Origin: Candidatus Gastranaerophilales bacterium
GTDB lineage: Bacteria > Cyanobacteriota > Vampirovibrionia > Gastranaerophilales > Gastranaerophilaceae
DNA: 49,709 nucleotides
NCBI GenBank assembly: GCA_017461425.1
Contig: JAFTXY010000010.1
Span: 1 to 49,709, forward strand
Direction of reading: 5' to 3'
Below are positions 27,716 through 37,022 of the stretch, in pieces. A program made the position numbers and the translations under genes. Every line of letters begins with the position of its first letter. Positions within the stretch are counted from its first letter, which is position 1. A model generated the notes under the pieces. It was not told the DNA's origin, did no database searches, and saw only the letters and a program-made list of their open reading frames with translations.

Positions 27716-29044
27716 CTAAATAACAATATCGTTTTTGATAACTGGCTGAGCTTCTTTATTGGCGCACAGTACAACTAACAAGTTATTAACCATATTTGCT
27801 TTTGTTTTATCATCTAGAATAATATTAGTGTTTCTTTGTAATTTATTTAATGCAAGTTCAACAATGTCAACAGCACCATCTACAATTGCTTTTCTTGCAT
27901 CAATTACTGCGTTTGCTTGTTGTCTTTGTAGCATTGCGGCCGCAATTTCTGTTGAATATGCAAGATGCGTAATTTTTGCATCAACAATTTTTAAGCCTGC
28001 ATTTCTTACAGCCATTTGAATTTCTTTTTTCAATTTAGCAGAAATTTCAGCACTATCACCTCTTAAAGATTGAACATCAGAATCATCAGGTGCATCATAT
28101 GGATACATTCTAACAATATTTCTTAAAACACTATCACTTTGCGCAGATAAAAATGAAGAATAATCATCAACATTAAACAAAGCTTTTGCTGTATCTTTTA
28201 CTTCCCAGATTATAATAATACCAACTTCGATTGGATTACCAGATTTATCATTAATCTTTTGTCTGCCATTTTCAAGAGTTCTTGCTTTCAAGGAAATTGT
28301 TCCACCAAAAGCAGCGCCATTATACGAAGCAGTTAACGGATTTATATAATGAAATCCTGCTCCTTTAAGAGTTCCTGCATATTTACCAAAAAGAGTTAAA
28401 ACCAAGGCTTCTTGTGGCTTTAAAACTACAAAGCCTTTCAATAAAAATACGCCTATAAAAATTAATGGAAATGCAAAAAATGCAGAGAATGGAATAACTG
28501 TCGAACTTATAAATAAAAATACAATAAAAGCAACATATAAAAGTGCAATAATAAGAGCTGTCCATCCATCTAATCTAAAGGCCGCTCTTTCTTCTTCTTG
28601 TCCTTGAAGATTTATATCAGATGAAAATGAATTAAAGTTTTCTGGCATAGGTGTAATATCCTCTCTATTGAAATATGTTTTCACAAATTCAGCATTTGAC
28701 ATTTGTTTAATAGATTTATCCGCAAAAAGATTAAAGAATTTAGACAACTCTCCATCATCAAACAAAAGATATTCGCAATTATCGCATCTATCAATAACGA
28801 CATCATTAAATAAAACTTTTTGCATGTTTAACGAACATGATGGACATAATTTTGCAGATTCATTAACAACAGCTGCTTTTGAATTAAAAATTTTATCAAA
28901 ATTATCTCTGGATGTGATTTTGCGATAAAGTTTTTTTAATTCTGATTTTTTAAGAAAAATTGAACTACAATTTTTACAAATCCCAAAAGTTATATCAGAA
29001 TAGATATACTGATTAAACTCTCCATTGCATTTTGAACAAGTCAT
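27716..29044 (-). CDS. SPFH/band-7 family membrane protein with N-terminal tandem zinc-ribbon (CxxC) motifs, 442 aa.
   Basis: N-terminus CSKCNG...CKNC...CPSC...CDNC. Two TM helices, then an SPFH-like domain (IIIWEVKDTAKALFNVDDY...). Confidence 0.6.
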   Translation of the reverse strand: MTCSKCNGEFNQYIYSDITFGICKNCSSIFLKKSELKKLYRKITSRDNFDKIFNSKAAVVNESAKLCPSCSLNMQKVLFNDVVIDRCDNCEYLLFDDGELSKFFNLFADKSIKQMSNAEFVKTYFNREDITPMPENFNSFSSDINLQGQEEERAAFRLDGWTALIIALLYVAFIVFLFISSTVIPFSAFFAFPLIFIGVFLLKGFVVLKPQEALVLTLFGKYAGTLKGAGFHYINPLTASYNGAAFGGTISLKARTLENGRQKINDKSGNPIEVGIIIIWEVKDTAKALFNVDDYSSFLSAQSDSVLRNIVRMYPYDAPDDSDVQSLRGDSAEISAKLKKEIQMAVRNAGLKIVDAKITHLAYSTEIAAAMLQRQQANAVIDARKAIVDGAVDIVELALNKLQRNTNIILDDKTKANMVNNLLVVLCANKEAQPVIKNDIVI

Positions 29045-29200
29045 ACTTCCTCCTTAAATTAAAACTAGCATATTTAAACTAAGAAAGTATCATATTAAAG
29101 TATTATTTCATAATTTGCATTCAAAAAGGAAAGCTTGTATACTGATATGTAACAAAACATCTGCAATTGGGGTTTTACATTGGGGAGAATAAACTAATTA

Positions 29201-30121
29201 ATGTTTGATTTTATATTTAAAATTGAAAAAAGTACTCCAAGCCATATTTCATTTAGAATTTTTGGCATAAAGTTAAACTGCCTAAAACCTGGTATCAAAA
29301 AAGAACGCAAAAAAATTGCACAATATTATCAATCTTTTAAATCAGCATCAGACATTCCAAAAGCACAAGGAGGCTTGAGATTAATACAGCAAGCTAATGC
29401 TGGTTTTTTAAAATTATTTGATAGAATATGCCAAGAAAATAATTTTAATTACTGGATTGATTTTGGAACATTATTAGGTTCAATAAGACATAATGGTTTT
29501 ATTCCTTGGGATGATGATATTGATGTATCAATGTTAAGAGAAGATTATGAAAGATTTATTGAGCAATTCAAAAATGGATTTGAAAATTACCCAGAATTAG
29601 AAATAACTTTTGAAAACAACAAAAGAAACAAATGCTTTATTAAAATCCAACATAAACATAGCGAAAATTTATTTATTGATATCTTCCCATATGACAAATA
29701 TCATAGTGAATTAAGCAATGAAGAAAAAATATTATTATCTGAAAAAATTACTGAATTCAGAAATAAAAAAACAACAAAAAAATTCAAAACCATTGACGAT
29801 ATAAGAAACAACTTTAAAAAAATTACACAAGAAAAAATTCTTGAAAATAAAAAAATCGAAAGCGAAACCCCTGCAATTTTTATGGGAGTCGACTTTCCAC
29901 ACAAATGGAAAAATAAAGCTTTTGATTGGAATGTAATTTTTCCATTACAAAGAATTAATTTCGAGCATATTCAAGTCAATGCCCCAAATATGCCAAAAAT
30001 TGTTTTAGAAAAAATTTATGGAAACTATATGAGTATTCCAAAAGATTCATACCCAAGACATTCAAGTTATCTTGATATAAATGAAAACGAAAGAAACATT
30101 CTGGAGAATATAGCAAAATGA
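29201..30121 (+). CDS. licD: LicD-family phosphotransferase (phosphocholine/ribitol-phosphate transfer to glycans), 306 aa.
   Basis: LLGSIRHNGFIPWDDDIDV is the LicD nucleotidyltransferase-fold DxD motif. Confidence 0.7.
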   Translation: MFDFIFKIEKSTPSHISFRIFGIKLNCLKPGIKKERKKIAQYYQSFKSASDIPKAQGGLRLIQQANAGFLKLFDRICQENNFNYWIDFGTLLGSIRHNGFIPWDDDIDVSMLREDYERFIEQFKNGFENYPELEITFENNKRNKCFIKIQHKHSENLFIDIFPYDKYHSELSNEEKILLSEKITEFRNKKTTKKFKTIDDIRNNFKKITQEKILENKKIESETPAIFMGVDFPHKWKNKAFDWNVIFPLQRINFEHIQVNAPNMPKIVLEKIYGNYMSIPKDSYPRHSSYLDINENERNILENIAK

Positions 30122-30513
30122 AAAGAGTAATAACATACGGAACATATGACGTATTACATTATGGACACATCAATCTTTTAAAAAGAGCAAAAGCTCTTGG
30201 AGATTATTTAATTGTTGTTTTATCAAGTGATGAATTTAACGCAATAAAAAATAAAAAATCATATTACACATACGAACAAAGGAAAACAATTCTAGAGGCT
30301 TGCAGATACGTTGATTTAGTAATTCCTGAATATAATTGGGAGCAAAAAATAGAAGATGTTCAAAAATATCAGGCAGATATTTTTGTAATGGGTGATGATT
30401 GGGAAGGTAAATTTGATTTTCTAAAGGAATACTGTGAAGTAGTATACCTGCCTAGAACTCCTGATGTTTCCAGCACACAAACAAAAGAACATTTAAATAA
30501 AATTGCAAAATAA
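30118..30513 (+). CDS. tagD: Glycerol-3-phosphate (or related alditol-phosphate) cytidylyltransferase, TagD-like, 131 aa.
   Basis: ITYGTYDVLHYGHINLL (HxGH) and the short ~130-aa length are typical of TagD/TarD. Start overlaps the stop of licD. Confidence 0.75.
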   Translation: MKRVITYGTYDVLHYGHINLLKRAKALGDYLIVVLSSDEFNAIKNKKSYYTYEQRKTILEACRYVDLVIPEYNWEQKIEDVQKYQADIFVMGDDWEGKFDFLKEYCEVVYLPRTPDVSSTQTKEHLNKIAK

Positions 30514-30521
30514 GGATAACA

Positions 30522-31601
30522 ATGTTTTTAAATATTTTTAAAAGAAAAATAAAATCACCCGAAATTAAAGATAACACAGTAATTGTCTGGGAAGCATGTT
30601 CTGAATCACATGCAGAAGTTGTGCCAGGCTTTGTTAAATATTTTTCTGATTTAGGTTATCATGTATCCGTCCTAGTGGAGCCAGATAGATTAAAAGAAGG
30701 TTTGTTTGAAAGGTTTAACCTTGAAAATGTAACCATAAATAAAATGAGTGCCAAAGAAAGCAGAAAATTTTTTCTAAATTCAGACCTTAGCAGATTAAAA
30801 GGCATTATGGTAACAACTGTCGGAAAAATATGTCAAGGAGTAAATTACAAAACGGCATTTGATACATTCAATAAAACTCTTGATAAAAACAAATTATTTC
30901 TAGTTGAACATGATATTAAAGATCCAATCGAACAAGGCACTTGGAATGATAATATAATAACCCTAAGAGAGATGGATTACAAAAATGCAAATCCAATTGC
31001 CATAAATCCTCATTATTTTGGCGAAATAAAAATTACTCCAAAAAATAAAGATATTATCAACTTTTTAACCGTTGGAGTTATCAAACCAAGAAAGAAAAAT
31101 AATAGCACAATAATAAATGCTGTTATGGATTTGCACAATAAAGGAATTACAAATTTCAAAGTAACAGTTGTTGGAAAAGGTCATATCAAGGATATTCCAA
31201 AAGAAATTCAAAAATATTTTGATATAAAAGGAAGATTGCCATTTAATAAAATGTATGATGAAATTGAAAAAGCAGACTTTTTAATCACAGCATATGATTC
31301 TGATAATCCAAGACATTTAAGATACATAACAACAGGAACAAGCGGCAACTTCCAATTAATTTACGGCTTTACAAAACCTTGTTTAATTAATAAAAAATAT
31401 GCACCATTAAATGAGTTTAATGAAGAAAATTCAATATTATATGAAAATCCTGAAGATTATTCTAAAGCAATGGAATATGCAATGAATATGACACAAGAAG
31501 AATATTCAAGTATGCAGGATAATCTTAAAATAACAACAGAAAAAATATACAAAAAATCATTAGAAAACACTAAAAAACTATTACAAAGAGGAAATTCTTA
31601 A
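30522..31601 (+). CDS. Putative polysaccharide/teichoic-acid biosynthesis glycosyl- or glycerophosphotransferase (359 aa).
   Basis: Operon context. C-terminal Rossmann-like region FLTVGVIKPRKKN...VTVVGKG. No firm motif. Confidence 0.35.
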   Translation: MFLNIFKRKIKSPEIKDNTVIVWEACSESHAEVVPGFVKYFSDLGYHVSVLVEPDRLKEGLFERFNLENVTINKMSAKESRKFFLNSDLSRLKGIMVTTVGKICQGVNYKTAFDTFNKTLDKNKLFLVEHDIKDPIEQGTWNDNIITLREMDYKNANPIAINPHYFGEIKITPKNKDIINFLTVGVIKPRKKNNSTIINAVMDLHNKGITNFKVTVVGKGHIKDIPKEIQKYFDIKGRLPFNKMYDEIEKADFLITAYDSDNPRHLRYITTGTSGNFQLIYGFTKPCLINKKYAPLNEFNEENSILYENPEDYSKAMEYAMNMTQEEYSSMQDNLKITTEKIYKKSLENTKKLLQRGNS

Positions 31602-32494
31602 TGACAGTTATACCAATAGTTTTAACTTTTGATAAAAGAATTGTTTTAGCAGGGGCTGTTGCAATTCAAAGTCTTATCGATAATGCAAAACCTGAAACAC
31701 AATATGATATATATGTATATCATCCAGATATAGATGAAAAAACTATACAAGAGTATCAAAAAATTACTGAAAATACACGTCACAAATTAACATTTAAATA
31801 TATATCAAAAGAAAGATTTAAAAATGCACCGATAAATAAACACGGCTCTTGGACAGAAATTGTATATTATAGATTATTAGTCCCTGAACTACTACCACAA
31901 TATGATAAAATAATATACTTTGATACAGATGCAGTAATATTAGGAGATTTAGAAGAAGTTTATAATGAAGATTTAGGCGATTACGATTGCGCAGCAGTTG
32001 CTATGGAAATAAATAATGAAAATATGATAAGCCATAAATACTTCCCAGAAAACAAACACGAATACACATATATATCTTCATTTATTGTGTTTAACAACAA
32101 GAGATTAAGAGAAAATAATTTTATAGAAAGAATTTATGCCAATATTGAAAAATTCAATACAAGACTTAAGTTTTTTGATTTAGATTTATTAAATTTAACT
32201 TGTGAAAAAATTAAAGACTTGAAATATAGATATGGAGTATTCCAAAGCATATATTACCATGATGATTTTACAAAAGGATATGAATATTCCTTTTTGAAAC
32301 ACGTATATTCAATGGAAGAGCTGCAAAAAGAAAAAGAAAATACAGTTATGCTCCATTTTGCAGGATACCCAGGAAAACCTTGGAGATTTAAAAAACCTCC
32401 TGAAGAATTTTTAAAATACCAAAACAAAATTCCAAAAAAATTAGTTAAATATACATTTAGAGACTTCAGAAAACGCTTATTTTCAAAAGTGTAG
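31601..32494 (+). CDS. Glycosyltransferase family 8 (LPS 1,3-galactosyl/glucosyltransferase-like), 297 aa.
   Basis: IIYFDTDAVILGDL (DxD) and the N-terminal IPIVLTFDKRIVLAGAVAIQS are typical of GT8. Confidence 0.65.
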   Translation: MTVIPIVLTFDKRIVLAGAVAIQSLIDNAKPETQYDIYVYHPDIDEKTIQEYQKITENTRHKLTFKYISKERFKNAPINKHGSWTEIVYYRLLVPELLPQYDKIIYFDTDAVILGDLEEVYNEDLGDYDCAAVAMEINNENMISHKYFPENKHEYTYISSFIVFNNKRLRENNFIERIYANIEKFNTRLKFFDLDLLNLTCEKIKDLKYRYGVFQSIYYHDDFTKGYEYSFLKHVYSMEELQKEKENTVMLHFAGYPGKPWRFKKPPEEFLKYQNKIPKKLVKYTFRDFRKRLFSKV

Positions 32495-32499
32495 GTGAA

Positions 32500-33054
32500 A
32501 TGCCATTTATATTTGAAAAACAAGAAATAGAAGATGTAATTATAATAAAACCTTTGTCATTTGGCGATTCCAGAGGTGTTTTCTTGGAAACTTACAAGAA
32601 ATCAGATTTTATAAAAAATGGAATCAAGGATGATTTTTTGCAAGATAATTATTCAAAATCCCATAAAAATGTCCTTAGAGGCTTGCATTTTCAAAAAAAA
32701 CCATACGAACAATCAAAGCTATTGAGATGTATAAAAGGCGAAATACTGGATATTGTAATCGATATAAGACCCAAATCAAAAACTTTTAAAAAATATTTAA
32801 AATTTAATCTGTCTGAATCAAATAACAATATTCTATACATCCCAAAGGGCTTTGCGCATGGATTTTATGTTTTGTCAGATATTGCTGAAATATCCTATAA
32901 GGCATCAGCAGAATACAATAAAGAATATGATTGTGGAATAATATGGGACGATTACAGTTTAAAAATTGATTGGAATATTAAAAACCCGATTCTATCTGAA
33001 AAAGATAAAAACCTTGCAACACTAGATACATTAATAAAAGAAGGTGTTTTATGA
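32500..33054 (+). CDS. rmlC: dTDP-4-dehydrorhamnose 3,5-epimerase (184 aa).
   Basis: DSRGVFLETY...LRGLHFQKKPYEQSKLLRCIKGEILDIVIDIR...IPKGFAHGFYVLSD is cupin-fold RmlC. Confidence 0.8.
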   Translation: MPFIFEKQEIEDVIIIKPLSFGDSRGVFLETYKKSDFIKNGIKDDFLQDNYSKSHKNVLRGLHFQKKPYEQSKLLRCIKGEILDIVIDIRPKSKTFKKYLKFNLSESNNNILYIPKGFAHGFYVLSDIAEISYKASAEYNKEYDCGIIWDDYSLKIDWNIKNPILSEKDKNLATLDTLIKEGVL

Positions 33055-34001
33055 AAATACTTGTAACAGGTGGACTAGGGTTTATTGGAAGTCATTTTAT
33101 AAAACATATTCTTAAAAAATATCCAAATTATGAAATTATTAATTTAGATATAGTTTCATATTGTGCTAATTTTAAAAACCTTGAGGAAATTGAAAATAAT
33201 AAAAATTATACTTTTATAAAAGGTGATATTTCTGATAAAAATATCGTTGAAAAGATTACGCAAGAAGTAAATTGTATAATAAATTTTGCCGCACAAACAC
33301 ATGTAGATAACTCAATAAAAAACCCAAAAGACTTTATCAAAACAAATATCGAAGGGGTTTACGTACTTCTTGAAGCAATAAAAAAATATAATATTGAAAA
33401 ATTTATACAAATTTCAACAGACGAAGTATATGGAAGTATAGCAAATGGGTTTTTTAGCGAAAATGCAAACCTAGAGCCAAACAATCCTTATTCCGCATCA
33501 AAAGCAAGTGCTGATTTATTAATACGCTCTTATCAAAACACCTACAAAATTCCAGCAATAATTACAAGATGCGCAAATAATTATGGAGAAAATCAATACC
33601 CTGAAAAATTAATTCCTCATTTTATTTCGCAACTTTTAAACAACAAGAAAGTTCCGTTATATGGGAATGGTCTTAATAAAAGAGATTGGATATATGTAAA
33701 AGATAATGTAAAAGCGCTAGATTTAATATTACATCAAGGAAAAATTGGTGAAATATATAATATTAGTGCAAATTGCGAAAAAACAAATCTTGAAATAACA
33801 AAAATAATTTTAAAAGAATTAAACAAGGATGAAAATTATATTGAATATGTAGAAGATAGACCAGGACACGATTTAAGATATGGAATTGATAGTTCAAAAC
33901 TAAAAAAAGAATTAAATTGGACTCCAGATTATAATTTTAACGAACAATTCATAAAAACAATTCATTGGTATATTAATAATAAAGATTGGCTCAAAAATTA
34001 A
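33051..34001 (+). CDS. rmlB: dTDP-glucose 4,6-dehydratase (316 aa).
   Basis: ILVTGGLGFIGSHF NAD-binding motif and YSASKASAD catalytic YxxxK. Confidence 0.85.
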   Translation: MKILVTGGLGFIGSHFIKHILKKYPNYEIINLDIVSYCANFKNLEEIENNKNYTFIKGDISDKNIVEKITQEVNCIINFAAQTHVDNSIKNPKDFIKTNIEGVYVLLEAIKKYNIEKFIQISTDEVYGSIANGFFSENANLEPNNPYSASKASADLLIRSYQNTYKIPAIITRCANNYGENQYPEKLIPHFISQLLNNKKVPLYGNGLNKRDWIYVKDNVKALDLILHQGKIGEIYNISANCEKTNLEITKIILKELNKDENYIEYVEDRPGHDLRYGIDSSKLKKELNWTPDYNFNEQFIKTIHWYINNKDWLKN

Positions 34002-34820
34002 ATGAAAGTTTTAATCACTGGCGCAAATGGAATGTTAGGTAAAGATTTATGCTATTTTTTAGATGAAATAGGCTGCTTTATAATACCGACAAATAAAGAA
34101 ATAATGGATATAACCAATAATCAAATTGTAAACAATGTGATTTCAAAAACAAAACCAGATTTAATAATACATACTGCAGCATATACGGATGTAAATAATG
34201 CAGAAAAAGAAAAAAAACAGGCAGAAGAAATTAATATTGAAGGTACTAAAAATATAGCAAAAGCAGCAAAAAAATATAATTCAACATTAATTTATATATC
34301 AACAGACTATGTTTTTAATGGCGAAAAAAATTCACCATATCTGCCAAACGATAAACAAAATCCAATAAATCAATATGGCAAAACAAAATTCAAAGCCGAA
34401 TTAGAAGTTCAAAAAAATTGTGAAAAATATTATATTATAAGAACAAGTTGGCTTTATGGGTTAAATGGAAACAATTTTATTGAAAAAATTTTAACAAATA
34501 AAAACAAAGAAATTAAAGTTGTAGAAGATGAAATTGGCTGTCCAACTTGGACAATGGAATTAATTCAGGGTATATTAAAGATTTTATCTATGCCATATGG
34601 CATTTATCATATTTGCTCAAATGGCGAAACATCTAGATATAATTTAGCAAAAAAAATCATAGAATTAGAAAAAATCGATAAAACTATTATTCCAATTTCC
34701 CAAAAGGAAACAAATTCAACAATAAAAAGACCAAAATATAGTGTAATGCAATCAAATATCACACTAAAAAATTGGGAAGAATCTTTAAAAGAATATTTAA
34801 ATTTAAGAAAAAACTCCTAA
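34002..34820 (+). CDS. rmlD: dTDP-4-dehydrorhamnose reductase (272 aa).
   Basis: VLITGANGMLG and size. Follows rmlB in operon. Confidence 0.75.
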   Translation: MKVLITGANGMLGKDLCYFLDEIGCFIIPTNKEIMDITNNQIVNNVISKTKPDLIIHTAAYTDVNNAEKEKKQAEEINIEGTKNIAKAAKKYNSTLIYISTDYVFNGEKNSPYLPNDKQNPINQYGKTKFKAELEVQKNCEKYYIIRTSWLYGLNGNNFIEKILTNKNKEIKVVEDEIGCPTWTMELIQGILKILSMPYGIYHICSNGETSRYNLAKKIIELEKIDKTIIPISQKETNSTIKRPKYSVMQSNITLKNWEESLKEYLNLRKNS

Positions 34821-35767
34821 AACATTCCTTTTTTTGCAAAAAATACAGCAGCAGAAATTGCAGCAACTAATGAGATTATGCTTACAATCAAAAAACCGAA
34901 ATCATTATTTGCAAAAGGCACAGCGACATTCATCCCCCAGAAACTTGAAAACATAGTTGGTATTGCAAATATAATAGCAATTGATGTCAAAAATTTCATA
35001 ACAATATTTAAATTATTTGAAATAATAGAAGCAAATGCATCCATCATGTTTTCCAAGATGTTTCTGTGCATTTCAACCATTTCTAGCGCCTGTTTATTTT
35101 CAATAATTACATCTTCCAATAAATCAATATCATCTTCTGTAAATTTAAAGAACTTATTTGATTTTGAACTTTGAGTCAAACGCATAATTTTTTGCAACAC
35201 CATATAGTTATCTTTAAGCGCTGTTGTAAAATAAACAAGAGATTTCTGAACTTCAAACAACTGGAATAATGCTTTGTTTTTCATTGTTTTTCTAAGTTCT
35301 TCTTCGATTTTTTCGGATTGTTTATAGATATTGTTTAAATATTTCAAATAATATTTTGTTGAACGGAACAAAATATCAAGCAAGAATTTTGTTTTATTTC
35401 TGGTATCAAATGAACCTGATGTTTCTTTATTAAATGAGCTTATAACTTTATTTTTCTTAGAAGAAACTGTTATAAAGCCTCTATCTGTAAAAATTATACC
35501 CAAAGGCAATGTGTCATAGGTGCCTTCATCTTCCATTAAAGGAATATTTGTAATGATTAAAACCGAATCATCTTCAATTTCAATACGAGAACGTTCATCC
35601 ACGTCCAATGAATTTCTTAAAAAGCTTTCATCAAGATTCAAAACAAGGGAAACTTTTTGAATTTCATCATAGGTAGGATCAATCAAATTAAACCAAGACC
35701 CGCTTTGAGCTTCGCTTATTGTTAATTCCATCAATTTATCGTCTGTAGTTTTTAAAATCTCAATCAT
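34817..35767 (-). CDS. corA: CorA-family Mg2+/Co2+ transporter (316 aa).
   Basis: Signature FWGMNV (GMN motif) and two C-terminal TM helices. Confidence 0.8.
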   Translation of the reverse strand: MIEILKTTDDKLMELTISEAQSGSWFNLIDPTYDEIQKVSLVLNLDESFLRNSLDVDERSRIEIEDDSVLIITNIPLMEDEGTYDTLPLGIIFTDRGFITVSSKKNKVISSFNKETSGSFDTRNKTKFLLDILFRSTKYYLKYLNNIYKQSEKIEEELRKTMKNKALFQLFEVQKSLVYFTTALKDNYMVLQKIMRLTQSSKSNKFFKFTEDDIDLLEDVIIENKQALEMVEMHRNILENMMDAFASIISNNLNIVMKFLTSIAIIFAIPTMFSSFWGMNVAVPFANNDFGFLIVSIISLVAAISAAVFFAKKGMF

Positions 35768-35835
35768 ATCTACATCACTTCTATGGGGTACAAATATATT
35801 AAACTACACATTTAAAAATATGTAAACACAAAAAG

Positions 35836-35868
35836 AAACCTCTTTTGAAACAAAGAGGCTTTTAACAC
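35836..35868. terminator. Hairpin (cctcttt-tgaaac-aaagagg) with a flanking T-run on the minus strand. Likely terminator of the 35892..36242 gene.
   Basis: 7-bp stem. T-rich tract follows in minus-strand orientation. Confidence 0.4.
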
Positions 35869-35891
35869 ACACAAAACCAATTCAAACTTGT

Positions 35892-36242
35892 TTATGCAGA
35901 AGTTGGGCGAGGATCTTTCGCTAACCTCTGAGCTAATGTATTTTTTTGTGCCATTTGTGCAGCAACAACTTTTTTAGCTGCTTCAGCAATTCTTTCTTTT
36001 TTAGATTTAACAGATTTCATCTTCATATACTGAATATTCATAGAAATCGCTTTTGTACAAACATCTCTTAATGCTTGATGAATACGATAAGCTTCCATTT
36101 GAGCATTGGCATAATCATTCATTGTTGCCATCATTTTGTTCGGATCTATCATTGAAGTCTCAACAATAGCATTATCAACTTTTAAAGATTGATATTTGCG
36201 AACTAAGGCTTTATCTAAACTATCCTGTGCGCCAACTGCCAT
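35892..36242 (-). CDS. Hypothetical small alpha-helical protein (116 aa).
   Basis: ORF with locally higher GC. No motif recognised. Confidence 0.4.
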   Translation of the reverse strand: MAVGAQDSLDKALVRKYQSLKVDNAIVETSMIDPNKMMATMNDYANAQMEAYRIHQALRDVCTKAISMNIQYMKMKSVKSKKERIAEAAKKVVAAQMAQKNTLAQRLAKDPRPTSA

Positions 36243-36335
36243 TTTATATAGTAAGCTCCTAATAATATTCTCGTACTTAAATAAAGTATTTTTTTAGAGC
36301 AAAATTGATACAAGAAAAACTTTTGTTAACAAAAG

Positions 36336-36671
36336 TTAACAATTTAATTTAAATTCGTCAGGATTTTTTACATTTATTTTACTTGCAATTAAAGAAATAA
36401 AAGCATATCTAAAATGATATTTTTTTAATAGCTTATTGTAGTTTTTTATATCTAAATCAAAATTATTTTGAATTTTCTCAATATCCTTTTTATATTCATA
36501 AGCTTTGTTGCAGTCGCAGTCTGATTTTGCACAATATATCATTCCATTTAATTTATTTATATTGCAACCCAATTTATCAAGCTTTTTTGCATCTGTTTTA
36601 AACTGATTAATAAAAAATACAATTCCTAACAAAACAAAAAATGTGATTACAATCAAATAATATAAAATCAT
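36336..36671 (-). CDS. Hypothetical membrane-anchored small protein (111 aa), Cys-rich.
   Basis: N-terminal TM helix. CAKSDCDCNKAYEY. Confidence 0.4.
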   Translation of the reverse strand: MILYYLIVITFFVLLGIVFFINQFKTDAKKLDKLGCNINKLNGMIYCAKSDCDCNKAYEYKKDIEKIQNNFDLDIKNYNKLLKKYHFRYAFISLIASKINVKNPDEFKLNC

Positions 36672-36770
36672 AACAAGTAAACCTTTATAAACTAAAATAA
36701 TTATAAACTAAATATTGTATATGGTAAAAAAATATTTTAGAATATAATATAAATAGATTAAGGAGTTATC

Positions 36771-37022
36771 TTGGAAGATAAAAAAGTAGTATCGTTTAAA
36801 AAACAAGCAAAATCGAACGATAAACCAACTCAAGAGATAGAATATTGCAGTTTTTGCAAAAGACCCAATACTCAGGTTCCAAAGATGGTAAAAGGACCTG
36901 GGGTAAATATTTGCTCAGAGTGTACATTAATTGCTGTGCAATATTTAATTTTACAAGATGGATTGATGAGTCAAGATGCACAAAAAATTCTTGACCTTTT
37001 ATGGGGGACTTCAAAAAAATAA
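36771..37022 (+). CDS. Stand-alone ClpX-type C4 zinc-finger protein (83 aa).
   Basis: YCSFCKRPNTQVPKMVKGPGVNICSECT matches the ClpX N-terminal zinc-binding domain (CSFCGK...LIAGP.V.IC.EC). Confidence 0.6.
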   Translation: MEDKKVVSFKKQAKSNDKPTQEIEYCSFCKRPNTQVPKMVKGPGVNICSECTLIAVQYLILQDGLMSQDAQKILDLLWGTSKK